Shown here piece after piece: positions 1 to 9,647 of a stretch of DNA of 64,000 nt; position 1 is the first letter of the stretch, and every line of letters starts with the position of its first letter. Made by a program: the position numbers and the translations under genes. Below the pieces are notes generated by a model. It did not search any database, was not told the DNA's origin, and worked only from the letters and a program-made list of their open reading frames with translations. The DNA is from an uncultured Actinomycetes bacterium (GTDB lineage Bacteria > Actinomycetota > Thermoleophilia > UBA2241), in contig CAVWIH010000034.1 of NCBI GenBank assembly GCA_963755025.1, positions 137,826-201,825 of the forward strand, read 5' to 3'.

Positions 1-765
1 GACGCGCGCCACCCTGAGGCGGTGGCTCAGGCTGCGCACGGTCGGCAGGCCGAAGCGGTAGCAGAGCACGACGCCGGCGGTCAGCAGCCAGAGGCCGATC
101 CAGTAGGCGCGCGCCAGCGGGTGACCGATGAACGGCGTGCCGGTGTCGATCTGGTGGCTGAAGGCGATGGCCGCGCCGAGGTACATGTACAGGTGGACCG
201 TCCACCAGGTCTCGTAGCGCAGGTGTTTGCGCACGTTGCGGTACGAGGTCACGCCGGCCACGACGATCAGGCCCAGGCCGACGACCGCGCCGAGCATGCC
301 GGGGAAGTGCGTGATCAGCGTGGCGAGCTCGTGCAGCAGGCCCGTCTTGACGCCTTGCGCGTAGCCCAGGGTGATGAACAGGGCGTGGGCGACCAGCAAG
401 ATGATGACCCAGGGGCCGAGACGACGGTGCCAGCGCACGAGGGCGTCTTGACCGAGGGCCCGTTCGATCGCCGGTATGCGCCCGACGAGCAGCACGGTGA
501 CCAGCAACAGGTAGGTGCCCAGCATGCCGGTCAGGCGGCCGATGGCCGTGGCCAGGCCGCCGGGAGCCACCAGGTCGTGCGGCGAGAGGGTGGGCAGCAC
601 GAGCCCCATGGTGACGATCGCACCGAGCAGGGTGAGGGTGCGGAAGATCCGCGTCCACATCATGTGCGGCCTCGGCAGCGCGCGGGCTCGCGTGCCGCTG
701 CGCTCGCCGACGCGCCGCCTGCCGAGCTCGTCGGCGAGTGCGCCGGTGTCCCACTCATCACTCAA
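1..765 (-). CDS. ferric reductase-like transmembrane domain protein (3' end runs off the window)
   Basis: Manual minus-strand translation gives GRLTGMLGTYLLL...WHRRLGPW...AHALFITLGYA...LRYETWWTVHLYMY...FSHQ with heme-ligand-like His residues. TTG start at 765 behind GGAGGAGG; alternative ATG at 663. Confidence 0.8.
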   Translation of the reverse strand, partial: MSDEWDTGALADELGRRRVGERSGTRARALPRPHMMWTRIFRTLTLLGAIVTMGLVLPTLSPHDLVAPGGLATAIGRLTGMLGTYLLLVTVLLVGRIPAIERALGQDALVRWHRRLGPWVIILLVAHALFITLGYAQGVKTGLLHELATLITHFPGMLGAVVGLGLIVVAGVTSYRNVRKHLRYETWWTVHLYMYLGAAIAFSHQIDTGTPFIGHPLARAYWIGLWLLTAGVVLCYRFGLPTVRSLSHRLRVARV

Positions 766-909
766 GGTCCTGTCGACCTCCTCCGCGCGGGCCACAGCCC
801 GCGCGACCCGTCTTGCCGGTCACTGACTTCCTCGTAGATGGCCGGTGAACATGAAGAGGTCATGAAGAACCGCTGTGGACTGCCTGAGAATCGCGCGTGA
901 GGCGGTGCT

Positions 910-1185
910 TCAGAGGGCGATCAGGATGACTTCGTCGCTCAGCATCGAGACGCGCACCTTGTCTTGCACGCCCATCGTGCGGATGGCTTTTCTCAGGGCC
1001 GAACGCACCGTCTCGGGTTTGCGCCCGATCTTGGCGACGTCAACGTCCATGGCCGGCTCGCCGGCGGCCATGAAGGCCGTGATCAGGTCGGGATAGAAGG
1101 TCGATGCCGTGCGCCCCCGGCGCCGCACCAGTGTCGCCGGGTCTCTGGGCTTCAAATAGTCACCGGGATTCATCTTCTTTGCCAT
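910..1185 (-). CDS. small basic hypothetical protein (91 aa), possible DNA-binding
   Basis: C-terminal part of ORF 910..2601 (MAKKMNPGDYLKPRDP...). GGAGGG SD before the ATG; protein-like composition. Confidence 0.7.
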   Translation of the reverse strand: MAKKMNPGDYLKPRDPATLVRRRGRTASTFYPDLITAFMAAGEPAMDVDVAKIGRKPETVRSALRKAIRTMGVQDKVRVSMLSDEVILIAL

Positions 1186-1296
1186 GCGACCCTCCACCAT
1201 CGGGAAACGACCGTCGCTGTTCTTACCACAGTTCCGTCTACGCTGAACCGCCACCTTGCTTTTGCAGCGCCACGCTCGCGAGGTAGCATGCCCTCC

Positions 1297-1800
1297 ATGA
1301 GTGCGACCATCAGACCCTGCTCGGCCGACGACCTCGACGACGTCCTTGCGGTCGTCAACGCAGCGGCCACCGCCTACGCCGGCGTCATCCCGCCCGACCG
1401 ATATCACGAGCCCTACATGGGCGCCGGCGAGTTGCGCGCCGAGATCGCGGCCGGCGTGCGGTTCTGGGTGACGATCGAGGGTGGCCGGCTGATCGCCGCG
1501 ATGGGAGTCCAGGACGTCGACGACGTGACCCTCATCAGGCACGCCTACGTGCTGCCCGGGCGGCAGCGCGGCGGGGTCGGGGGCGAGCTTCTGTCCCATC
1601 TGCGGGGCCTGGCGGTCATGCCGGTGCTCGTGGGCACCTGGGCCGACGCCTCGTGGGCCATCCGCTTTTACGAGCGCCACGGGTTCTGCCTCGTCGCGCC
1701 ACCCGAGAAGGATCGTCTCCTGCGCCGCTACTGGGACATCCCGGAGCGCCAGGTCGAGACCTCGGTGGTGCTGCGCGCGACAGGCGAGGCGGACCGCTAA
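1297..1800 (+). CDS. GNAT family N-acetyltransferase
   Basis: LIRHAYVLPGRQRGGVGGELL acetyl-CoA motif A and AIRFYERHGF motif B. Confidence 0.9.
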   Translation: MSATIRPCSADDLDDVLAVVNAAATAYAGVIPPDRYHEPYMGAGELRAEIAAGVRFWVTIEGGRLIAAMGVQDVDDVTLIRHAYVLPGRQRGGVGGELLSHLRGLAVMPVLVGTWADASWAIRFYERHGFCLVAPPEKDRLLRRYWDIPERQVETSVVLRATGEADR

Positions 1801-2963
1801 GGGGCGAAGCGCACCGCGACGTCGACGGCGTCGGGTGAGGCGAAGCGCGCGAGGCGCTCGCCCGAACGGGCGAGCGCCTCGCGCGCTTCGCCCGGCAGCT
1901 CGGCCAGGGGCCTGACAACCACGGTCGCCGCCCCCGGCTCGCGCTCGAGCGCCCAGGTGGCCGCCGCGAATCCGTCGAGCAGCACCGCTGGGCCTATACG
2001 CCGCTGGTTCCAGTAGATCGCGTCGTGCAGCCCCGCCGGCACGACGCGCTCGGCGTCGACGTAGGCGAGAAGGATGTTGTCCCACGCGGGCAGGAACGTG
2101 GGAGGGGCCGGGCTGGCGGCGCGGGGCAGGGCGCCCTGGGGCAGCGCCGCTCGCTCGAGGTCGAGCAGCTCGCGACCGCGCTCGTCGCGCAGGCGGCGCA
2201 GGCGGGGACCAAGGCCCTGCACCGCCGCGCCCAGGCGGGTCACGCCCGACCAGCGCTGCAGGTCGGCCAGCCGGGCCGGGCCGAAGGCGGCCAGGTAGCG
2301 TGTCACGAGGGCGCCCGGGCCGGCGGGTGGGAGATCGCGCTCGAGCCAGACGACGGCGTCGATCAGCGTCGGGTTGCCGGGCACCCCCCAGGGCACGCCG
2401 GCCACGGGCACCTGCAGCAGCGGCAGGTGCGCTCGCACCGCGATCGACAGGGCTTCGGCGTCGGTTCCCGGGTAGAGCTCGTGCAGCAGGTCGCGCAGCT
2501 CGCGCGCCGAGTGGGGCTCGGCGAACCACGGCCGGGCGACGGCGGCCACCTCGGCGAGCGCCACGCCGGGCGCGCGGCGGCGCAGCACGGCTTCGGCCCA
2601 AGCGGTGAGGGTGGGTTGCAGCGCCGGCCGCAGCACGAGGTAGTCGGCGGCGCTCACCACGTGCTGGGTGGCGCGCATGAGCGTGCCCTTGACCAGTACG
2701 CGCCGCAGCAGAAGGCCGGCGAGCTGCTCGCGGCGCAGGCCGGGCAGGCGCGTCCAGAGGCCGATGGCGGCGGCCCGCGAGTCTTGCGACTGCAGGCCGC
2801 CGATGCGCTCGACGGCGCGCACCACGGCGGCGTCGCGCGCCGCCCGCCGCGCCGCCTCGGGCGCCGTCGATGCGGGGTCGCGCGCCGCCGCGCGCGGCGG
2901 CAGGAGCTGCCGCGCCAGGGTCGCCCGGTTGAGCGCCTGCATCGTGAGGGTGTGGCCGGTCAT
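1797..2963 (-). CDS. AlkZ/YcaQ-like (HTH_42 winged-helix) DNA glycosylase
   Basis: LNRATLARQLL start, GGLQSQD (QxQ motif), LMRATQH, RYLAAFGPA, FLPAWDNILL, VLLDGFAAATW. Confidence 0.85.
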   Translation of the reverse strand: MTGHTLTMQALNRATLARQLLPPRAAARDPASTAPEAARRAARDAAVVRAVERIGGLQSQDSRAAAIGLWTRLPGLRREQLAGLLLRRVLVKGTLMRATQHVVSAADYLVLRPALQPTLTAWAEAVLRRRAPGVALAEVAAVARPWFAEPHSARELRDLLHELYPGTDAEALSIAVRAHLPLLQVPVAGVPWGVPGNPTLIDAVVWLERDLPPAGPGALVTRYLAAFGPARLADLQRWSGVTRLGAAVQGLGPRLRRLRDERGRELLDLERAALPQGALPRAASPAPPTFLPAWDNILLAYVDAERVVPAGLHDAIYWNQRRIGPAVLLDGFAAATWALEREPGAATVVVRPLAELPGEAREALARSGERLARFASPDAVDVAVRFAP

Positions 2964-3007
2964 GATCGCGCCTCGTTCCTACCCGCTGCGGGCCGTCGCT
3001 GTGCCAT

Positions 3008-3832
3008 CTAGAGCGCGGCCGAGCGTTCGCTCCCCACGGCAGCCTTTCGCGCCACGATCAGCCAGGCGCAGCCGTTCATCACTTCGTGCTCGGCGGCGTC
3101 GCTCACACCCTGTGGCAGCGGCGGTACGGGTTCGACGAACCCGGGGTTTATGCGCTGCAGGGCACGTCTGCGCCAGCCGGTCGGCGCCCCGGCGCCGAAA
3201 CCCTCGTCGCCCCAGGCCACCAAGGCGTCCGGCTTTGCCACCCTGACAAACTCGTCCAGGGCGCGGCCCGGCTCGCTGAAGAGCTTGACGCCACCGAAGT
3301 GAAAGACGGCGTCGAACGAGTCGTCGACGAATGGCAGGTACGACGCGTTGGCCTGAATGAGCAGCGGGTCCAACCGGTTCCGGCGGCCGCGCCGCGAACA
3401 GGCGCGCAGCATGCCGAGCGAGAGGTCGAGCTCGGCGAGGCTTCAGGATGTTCCGATGCGGTCGGCGAGCAGCTTCTGGTAGACGCCCGGACCGGGAGAG
3501 ACCTCGAGCACGCGCATACCGGGCTGCAGTTCGAGACGTTCGACGATCGCGGCTCTCTCGCGCAAGGTGCGGACGCCGAAAAGGCGTCCGCCGAGCCGCT
3601 CGTTCACGTCGTAGAGGGGCGCCAGGCGATCGTAGAGGCTGTTCATGCGAGCGTCGCGACTCATCATGCGCTCGGGCCAGACCAGCCTCACGATGCCCTC
3701 GCCGGCGTCGACCGGGTGTCCGCCGCGGCAGCGCAAGCTCGTTGCGGCGCGCGAAGGGTCGCCGGCGGTGGCGCCGAGGAGCTCGCCGTCGCGGGGGCAC
3801 CGCAGGATGTCGAGCCAGGCCTGTGTCGACAT
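3008..3832 (-). CDS. class I SAM-dependent methyltransferase with N-terminal Trm112/zinc-ribbon-like segment (frameshift near 3420-3445)
   Basis: LRCPRDG...LRCRGGH N-terminus and VLEVSPGPG in ORF 3443..3832; LPFVDDSFDAVFHFGG and EFVRVAKP in ORF 3008..3412. Confidence 0.8.
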
Positions 3833-3858
3833 GGCGCCTTCCTTTCGTCGAGACGTAT

Positions 3859-3904
3859 CTTACAGCGTAAGGCTACCTTGCGATGCTAGAGCTTGCGCTG
3901 TAAG
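3859..3904. promoter_or_regulatory. paired TetR-type operators in the divergent promoter region
   Basis: CTTACAGCGTAAG (3859-3871) and CTTGCGCTGTAAG (3892-3904; reverse complement CTTACAGCGCAAG) lie between the divergent methyltransferase and TetR genes. Confidence 0.75.
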
Positions 3905-3913
3905 GTGTCAACC

Positions 3914-4594
3914 ATGGAGTCGCCCAAAGAACCGACAGCGGGTCATCGCAGCCGCTCCGCGCGTCCGCCGCTCTCCGCCGGGCGCATCGCCCAGTGCGCG
4001 ATCGCTCTGGCCGACGAGGAAGGCCTTGAGACGCTCAGCATGCGCCGCCTGGCCGACAGGCTCGGCGTCGAGGCCATGTCGCTGTACCACCACGTGCCGT
4101 CCAAAGCCGCGCTGCTCGAAGCGATGTCCGATCGGCTGGGTGACGCGCTCCCCGTGCCTGCGGCGGGGGAGTGGCGCGGATCGCTGCTCGCGGCGGCCCG
4201 CTCATGGCGCGACCTCGCCCGGCAACATCCGGGGGCGTTTCCTCTGCTGGCGACCCGCGCTACGTCCGGCAAGGCCCTGCTCGACCGCGTGACGATCCTC
4301 ATCGTCGGGCTCCAGGAGGCAGGATTCACACCGGCCGCGAGCGCCCGGGCCATGTCCTCGTTCATCTGCTCGCTCAACGGCTTCCTGCTGGCCGCCGGTG
4401 CTCCGGCGCTCTTTCGCGATCTGCCCGAACCCGCGATCGACGACTATCGGTTCGACGGGGGCCGCGCCCCGCTCGGCGACATACCGCTTGAGGCGTGGGT
4501 CCTCACCAACGACGCGGCCTTTGAGTTTAACGTGACGATGCTGCTCGACGGGCTGCAAGCGGCGTTGGATCGGGGCGACCCGGCCACGGCCTGA
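3914..4594 (+). CDS. TetR/AcrR family transcriptional regulator (TetR_C type)
   Basis: ADEEGLETLSMRRLADRLGVEAMSLYHHVPSKAALL helix-turn-helix. Confidence 0.93.
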   Translation: MESPKEPTAGHRSRSARPPLSAGRIAQCAIALADEEGLETLSMRRLADRLGVEAMSLYHHVPSKAALLEAMSDRLGDALPVPAAGEWRGSLLAAARSWRDLARQHPGAFPLLATRATSGKALLDRVTILIVGLQEAGFTPAASARAMSSFICSLNGFLLAAGAPALFRDLPEPAIDDYRFDGGRAPLGDIPLEAWVLTNDAAFEFNVTMLLDGLQAALDRGDPATA

Positions 4595-4659
4595 GACGGC
4601 CGATGACGCCACTCCCTCGTCGGGCGGGCATACTCCCTTGTCATATACTGGAGGCCAGC

Positions 4660-5439
4660 GTGCTGCACCACTCCGACATCGGCGTCTCGACGGGCGCGTT
4701 CTCCGAGCTCTCGCTCGCCGACGCCCTGCTGCGCATCGCCGCGCTGGCGCCCGCCGCCGAGGTCTTCTCGTACGGCCGGCACTCGCTGCTCGAGCCGGGC
4801 AACGCGCTCGCCGTGGCGGCCGTCGGGCTGCCGTTCAGCGTACACGGCCCCTTCACCCACGCCGAGTTCGCCACGACCTCGGGCGTCAAGCACCGCGCCG
4901 CGCTCGACCTGCATCGCCGCCACATGGCGGTCGCGGCCGAGCTCGGCGCCTTTCTCTATATCGTCCACCCCGACCTCCACCACCGGCCGCGGCCCTGGAA
5001 CCCCAAGGTGGCGGCCGCCCTGGAACGCTCGTTCGACGAGCTGCACGGCCTGCAGGAGACCTACGGCCTCGAGGTGGCGGTCGAGAACATGCCGATCGCT
5101 CGCCACTCGCACTTCACAAAGCCCGGCGACCTCGACCTGCGCGGCCTGGGGCTCGTGCTCGACACGGGCCACGCCGCTCTCACGGGTACGCTGGCCGAGT
5201 GGCTGTCGGAGCCGCAGGCCAATCTGCGCCACGTGCACCTCCACGACAACGGCGGCCGCGGCCACGGCGACCGCCACCAGCCGCTGGGCAGCGGCGTCGT
5301 CGACGTCGCCCCGGTGCTGGCCGCGGCGCGCGCCGCCGGCGCGACCATCGCCCTCGAGCTCACCAACGAGGCCGACGTGGTGGCGAGCCTTGCCTATCTG
5401 CGCGCCCACGATCACCTGTTGCCGCTCGCCGCAGGATAG
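4660..5439 (+). CDS. sugar phosphate isomerase/epimerase (AP endonuclease 2 TIM barrel) family
   Basis: SVHGPF, VAVENMP, LDTGHA, HVHLHDN, HQPLGSG, ALE metal motifs; GGAGG before GTG at 4660. Confidence 0.88.
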   Translation: MLHHSDIGVSTGAFSELSLADALLRIAALAPAAEVFSYGRHSLLEPGNALAVAAVGLPFSVHGPFTHAEFATTSGVKHRAALDLHRRHMAVAAELGAFLYIVHPDLHHRPRPWNPKVAAALERSFDELHGLQETYGLEVAVENMPIARHSHFTKPGDLDLRGLGLVLDTGHAALTGTLAEWLSEPQANLRHVHLHDNGGRGHGDRHQPLGSGVVDVAPVLAAARAAGATIALELTNEADVVASLAYLRAHDHLLPLAAG

Positions 5440-5452
5440 ACTGAACAACGAC

Positions 5453-7306
5453 ATGGACCCACGGGACACTCCCAGCGCCACCGCGACCGCCGACGCCGAA
5501 CGGCTCAGGCAGCGCATCCGGTTCCTCGAAGACATCGAGCCCTTCAACGGTCTCAGCAAGCTCGAGCTCGAACGGGTGGCGCGCTCCATCGTCGAACGCG
5601 TCGCCGAGCCCGGCGAGGCGGTGCTCGTCGAGAGCGGCGTGCCCGGCACCGAGCTCTACGTGGTCTACGAAGGCACGCTCGAACTCGTGCACAAAGAGGC
5701 GGTCGTCGCCCTCATCACGCGCGGCGAGGTCTTTGGCCACCCCAGCCTGCTCACCGGGCTGCCGCCCGAGTTCACCACGCGGGCCAACAGCAGAGCCGTG
5801 CTGTACTGCATCCCCAAAGACGCGGCCTTCGACCTGCTCAGCCACCCCGAGGGGCTCATGTGGCTGGCCGGCAACCAGCGCGAACGCCTCATTCAGGCGA
5901 CGCGCGCCATGCGCGCGCTGCCCGACGTGCGCAACCGGCCGGTGACCTCGCTGGTGCGCAGCGCTCCCCTGTTCTGCGACTCCGACACGCCCATTCGCGA
6001 GGCCGCCCGCATGCTCTCCGACGCCAAGCGCAGCGCCATGCTCGTGCGCCTGCGCGACGGCCTGGGGATAGTCACCGACGTCGACTTTCGCGACAAGGTC
6101 GTGCTCCTGGGCATATCGCGCGACGAGCCGGTCACCAAGATCATGACCTCGCCGGTGCACACCATCGGCGCCGAGGTCCTGGCGCCCGAGGCGAGCATCG
6201 CCATGATGGCCTCGGGGGTCAACCACCTGCCGGTGCTCGACGCCGAGGGCGACGTGGTCGGCATCCTCTCGGCCAGCAACCTCATGACGCTCGACTCGCG
6301 CAGCCCGTTCGCGCTGCGCCGCTCGCTGCAGACGTCGGCCACGCAGGAAGACCTGGTAAAGGCCGCCGCCGACGTACCCCACCTGTTCGTCGACTTGCTC
6401 GAAGCGCACCTCGACGCGCCGGCGGTCATGCGCGTGCTGACCGTGCTCTCCGACGCCATGACGGCGCGCCTGATCGAGCTCTCGGTCGCCGCCCACGGCC
6501 GGCCGCCGGTGCCCTTTGCCTGGCTTGCCTTCGGCAGCTGCGCGCGCAGCGAGCTCACGCTCGCCTCAGACCAGGACAACGGCCTGGCGTACGCCGACAC
6601 CGACGACCCCGCCGTCGACGAGTACTACCGGGTCATGGCCGAAGAGGTCAACGAAGGCCTCGCGCGCTGCGGCTTTGCCCTCGACCCGCACGGCGTGCTG
6701 GCGCGCTACCGGCAGTGGCGCATGACGCTGTCGCAGTGGCAGCGCGTGTTCGCCGACTGTCTCGAGGGCGGCGACATCGAGCGCCTGGCGCGCGCCAGCG
6801 TGGCCTTCGACTTTCGCCAGGTGGCCGGCGAGCTCTACATCGACCTGGTGCTCACCGAGACCATGCGCGAGGCGCCCGAGCACAAGGGCTTCATGCGCGG
6901 TCTGGCCCAGCTCGGCACGCGCACCCGCCTGCCGCTCGGCTTTCGGCAGCGCATCGAGGGCAGCTTCGACATCAAAAAGCACGGCCTCGTGCCCATCCAG
7001 AACCTGGCGCGCTACTACGCCTTCGGGCGCGGCATCAGCGCGCACTCCACCGTCGAGCGCCTGATCGCGGTGCGCGAGTCCGACGGCGAAGAGACGGTGG
7101 CCGAGCGCTCGCTGCGCGAGGCCTACACGAGCATGGCGCACCTGCAGCTGCGCCACCACGCCTACGCCATCCGTAACGGCGTGCCGCTCGACAACGTCAT
7201 CGACGTGAGCACGCTGCGTCCCCTCACCAAGGTCACCCTGCAAGAGGCCATGCGCGAGGTGGCCGCCGTGCAGAGCCGCTTCCCGCGCCTCGCCGCCCTG
7301 CGCTGA
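5453..7306 (+). CDS. cNMP-binding / CBS / DUF294 nucleotidyltransferase-like protein
   Basis: N-terminal cNMP fold (GEVFGHPSLL), CBS pair (GIVTDVDFR, NHLPVLD), FAWLAFGSCARSELTLASDQDNGL, FDIKKHGLVPI. Confidence 0.9.
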   Translation: MDPRDTPSATATADAERLRQRIRFLEDIEPFNGLSKLELERVARSIVERVAEPGEAVLVESGVPGTELYVVYEGTLELVHKEAVVALITRGEVFGHPSLLTGLPPEFTTRANSRAVLYCIPKDAAFDLLSHPEGLMWLAGNQRERLIQATRAMRALPDVRNRPVTSLVRSAPLFCDSDTPIREAARMLSDAKRSAMLVRLRDGLGIVTDVDFRDKVVLLGISRDEPVTKIMTSPVHTIGAEVLAPEASIAMMASGVNHLPVLDAEGDVVGILSASNLMTLDSRSPFALRRSLQTSATQEDLVKAAADVPHLFVDLLEAHLDAPAVMRVLTVLSDAMTARLIELSVAAHGRPPVPFAWLAFGSCARSELTLASDQDNGLAYADTDDPAVDEYYRVMAEEVNEGLARCGFALDPHGVLARYRQWRMTLSQWQRVFADCLEGGDIERLARASVAFDFRQVAGELYIDLVLTETMREAPEHKGFMRGLAQLGTRTRLPLGFRQRIEGSFDIKKHGLVPIQNLARYYAFGRGISAHSTVERLIAVRESDGEETVAERSLREAYTSMAHLQLRHHAYAIRNGVPLDNVIDVSTLRPLTKVTLQEAMREVAAVQSRFPRLAALR

Positions 7307-7340
7307 CGAGCCTGCCCGCGGCAGTCGAGCGCCGGCAGTC

Positions 7341-8775
7341 GTGAGCAGGGGTCCGGGCGACGACACCCCGCCGCCGGGCGGCGACTCGCCCCCAGGTCAG
7401 GGCCCGCCCGCCGACCGCGACGACGACTTCGGCGTCTTCGACGAAGCCGGGCGCCTGGCGCCGGCGCCGCCCATAGCGCCGCGCGAGCCCGGCCGCTCGG
7501 CGCGCCTCCTGCGCCACGTCGTCCTCGACGTCGGCCCGCTGCGCCGCCACCGCGACTTTCGCCTGCTGTGGTTCGGGCGGGCGGTCTCGCTGCTGGGCTC
7601 CATGGTCACCTACGTGGCGATCCCCTATCAGGCCTACCAGATCAGTCACTCCTCGCTGATCGTCGGCCTCGTGAGCGCCGCCGCCCTGGTGCCGCTGCTG
7701 ACGATGGCCCTGGTCGGCGGCGCCTTCGCCGACGCCCTCGACCGGCGCCGGCTGGTGCTGATCACCGAGGTCGCCTTTGCCGGCGCTTCGGCCCTGCTGG
7801 TCGCCAACGCGACGCTGTGGCGCCCGCACCTGTGGGTCCTGTTCGTGGTGGCGGCGCTCATGGCGGCGCTCGACGGCCTGCAGCGGCCGCCGCTCGACGC
7901 CCTGCTGCCGCGCCTCGTCGACCGCGACGAGCTCGTCGCCGCCGGCGCGCTGTCGAGTCTGCGCGGTACGGTCGGCACCATCGCCGGGCCGGCGCTCGGC
8001 GGCCTGCTGATCGCCGCCGCCGGCGTGGGGGGCGGCCTACGCCTTCGACGTCGCCACCTTCGTCGTGTCGGTCGTGGTGCTCACCCTCATGCACGCCGTA
8101 CCGCCGCCCGCCGACGCCGAGCCGCCCAGCCTGCGGAGCATCCTCGGCGGCCTGCGCTACGCGGCGAGCCGCCAGGAGCTGATCGGCACCTACAGCGTCG
8201 ACATCGTCGCCATGTTCTTCGGCATGCCCGAGGCGCTGTTCCCGGCGCTCGCCCAGCACCTCGGCGGCGCCTCCGCCCTGGGGCTGCTCTTCGCGGCGCC
8301 CGAGGTGGGCTCGTTGCTGGCCACCATCACGAGCGGCTGGACGGCGCGCGTGCATCGCCACGGCGTCGCGGTCTGCCTGGCGGCGGCGGGCTGGGGGGTG
8401 GGCATCACCCTGCTGGGCTTCGCGCCCGGCCTGGCGCTGGCCGTGGCCGCGCTCGTGATCGCCGGCTTCTTCGACATGATCAGCGGCATCTTCCGCATGG
8501 TCATCTGGAACCAGACGATCCCCGACCGCCTGCGCGGCCGCCTGGCCGGCATCGAGCAGATCTCGTACTCGAGCGGTCCGCTGCTGGGCGACGTCGAGTC
8601 GGGCGTGGTGGCGTCGCTGGCCGGCGTGCGCGCCTCGATCGCCTCGGGCGGCATCCTGTGCGTCGCCGGCGTCGCCGTGGCGGCGACCCTGCTGCGCGGC
8701 TTCTGGCGCTACGACTCGCGGCAAGCGGCGCCCGAAGCGCCGCCGCCCGCTGCGCCGGGCGGCGCCTCGCTGTGA
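7341..8775 (+). CDS. MFS transporter (EntS/DHA3-like), frameshift at G-run near 8030
   Basis: RHRDFRLLWFGRAVSLLGSMVTYVAIPYQ and GAFADALDRRRL; C-terminal half in ORF 8065..8775 (QTIPDRLRGRL). Confidence 0.88.
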
Positions 8776-8868
8776 TCTGGCGCTGCGCCTCGCCGTGACC
8801 CGGCGCTGCGCCTCGCCGTGACCGGCGCTGCGCCTCGCCGTGACCCGGCGCTACGCCTCGCCGTGACC
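8761..8868. repeat. tandem repeat, ~23 bp unit (GGCGCTGCGCCTCGCCGTGACCC), 4-5 copies
   Basis: Read directly; the first degenerate copy overlaps the MFS stop codon. Confidence 0.9.
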
Positions 8869-8919
8869 TGAAGCCTGGCCCCGCTCGGCGCGCCGCGCGT
8901 GACCCGCCGCGGCGCATCG

Positions 8920-8948
8920 TGGACTTGCCGTCTTTCTGAACTTATTGT
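8920..8948 (+). promoter_or_regulatory. putative sigma70-type promoter of the corrinoid cluster
   Basis: TGGACT-17 nt-TATTGT in an AT-enriched patch upstream of 9013. Confidence 0.45.
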
Positions 8949-9012
8949 GTCAGTGGCGTCTGCGTCGTCGAAGCGCGGAGCCACCCCACGGTAGCGAATC
9001 AGGGGAGGACTG

Positions 9013-9645
9013 ATGTCAAAGGAACTCACGGAGGCCGTGATCGAGCTGCGCGAGCAGGACGCGCTGCAGATCACAGACCGGCTGCTGGCGGGCGGTACCG
9101 ACCCGCTCACCATCGTCAACTCGTGCAAAGAGGCCATGGAGGTCATCGGGCAGCGCTTCGCCTGTGGCGAGGCCTTCATTCCCGAGCTCATCATGGCCGG
9201 CGAGATCATGAAGGGCATCACCGCTAAGGTGAAGCCCCACCTCGCTGCACAGGCCGCCTCTGAGAAGATCGGCACCGTGATCGTGTGCACCGTGCAGGGC
9301 GACATCCACGACATCGGCAAAGACATCGTGGCGAGCATGCTCGACATCGCCGGCTTCGACGTCGTCGACCTGGGTGTCGACGTACCGGTGACCGTCGTGG
9401 TCGACAAGGTCTGCGAGGTGCACCCCGCGGTGGTCGGTCTGAGCGGCCTGCTCACCATCGCCTTCGAGACCATGAAGGCCACGGTGGCGGCCATCGACCA
9501 GGCCGGCCTGCACCAGGGCCTCAAGATCATGGTCGGCGGCGCGCCTGTCAACGAAGACGTGTGCGCATTTGCCGGCGCCGACGGCTGGGCCAAAGACGCC
9601 GTGGGCGCCGTCGACCTTGCCAAGACGTGGGTGGGAGGTGCCTGA
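9013..9645 (+). CDS. cobalamin-binding corrinoid protein (MtaC/MttC-like) 1
   Basis: FIPELIMAGEIM cap domain, GDIHDIGKDIV B12 motif, DLGVDVP, VGLSGLLT, IMVGGAP. Confidence 0.95.
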   Translation: MSKELTEAVIELREQDALQITDRLLAGGTDPLTIVNSCKEAMEVIGQRFACGEAFIPELIMAGEIMKGITAKVKPHLAAQAASEKIGTVIVCTVQGDIHDIGKDIVASMLDIAGFDVVDLGVDVPVTVVVDKVCEVHPAVVGLSGLLTIAFETMKATVAAIDQAGLHQGLKIMVGGAPVNEDVCAFAGADGWAKDAVGAVDLAKTWVGGA

Positions 9646-9647
9646 GA

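Noticed and set aside
22-837. Long + strand ORF, and similar long ORFs such as 8709..10553, 18989..20908, 31032..32576, 34666..36651, 50385..52382
   Set aside because: Antisense or off-frame shadows of real genes, expected in high-GC DNA; Arg/Ala/Pro-rich with no family motifs.
8761-8868. CRISPR-like reading of the 23-bp arrays (also 25492-25585)
   Set aside because: Units are head-to-tail with no spacers.
8870-9012. Cobalamin riboswitch upstream of the corrinoid genes
   Set aside because: The region is short and has no B12-box or GGGAA / GCCACTG core.
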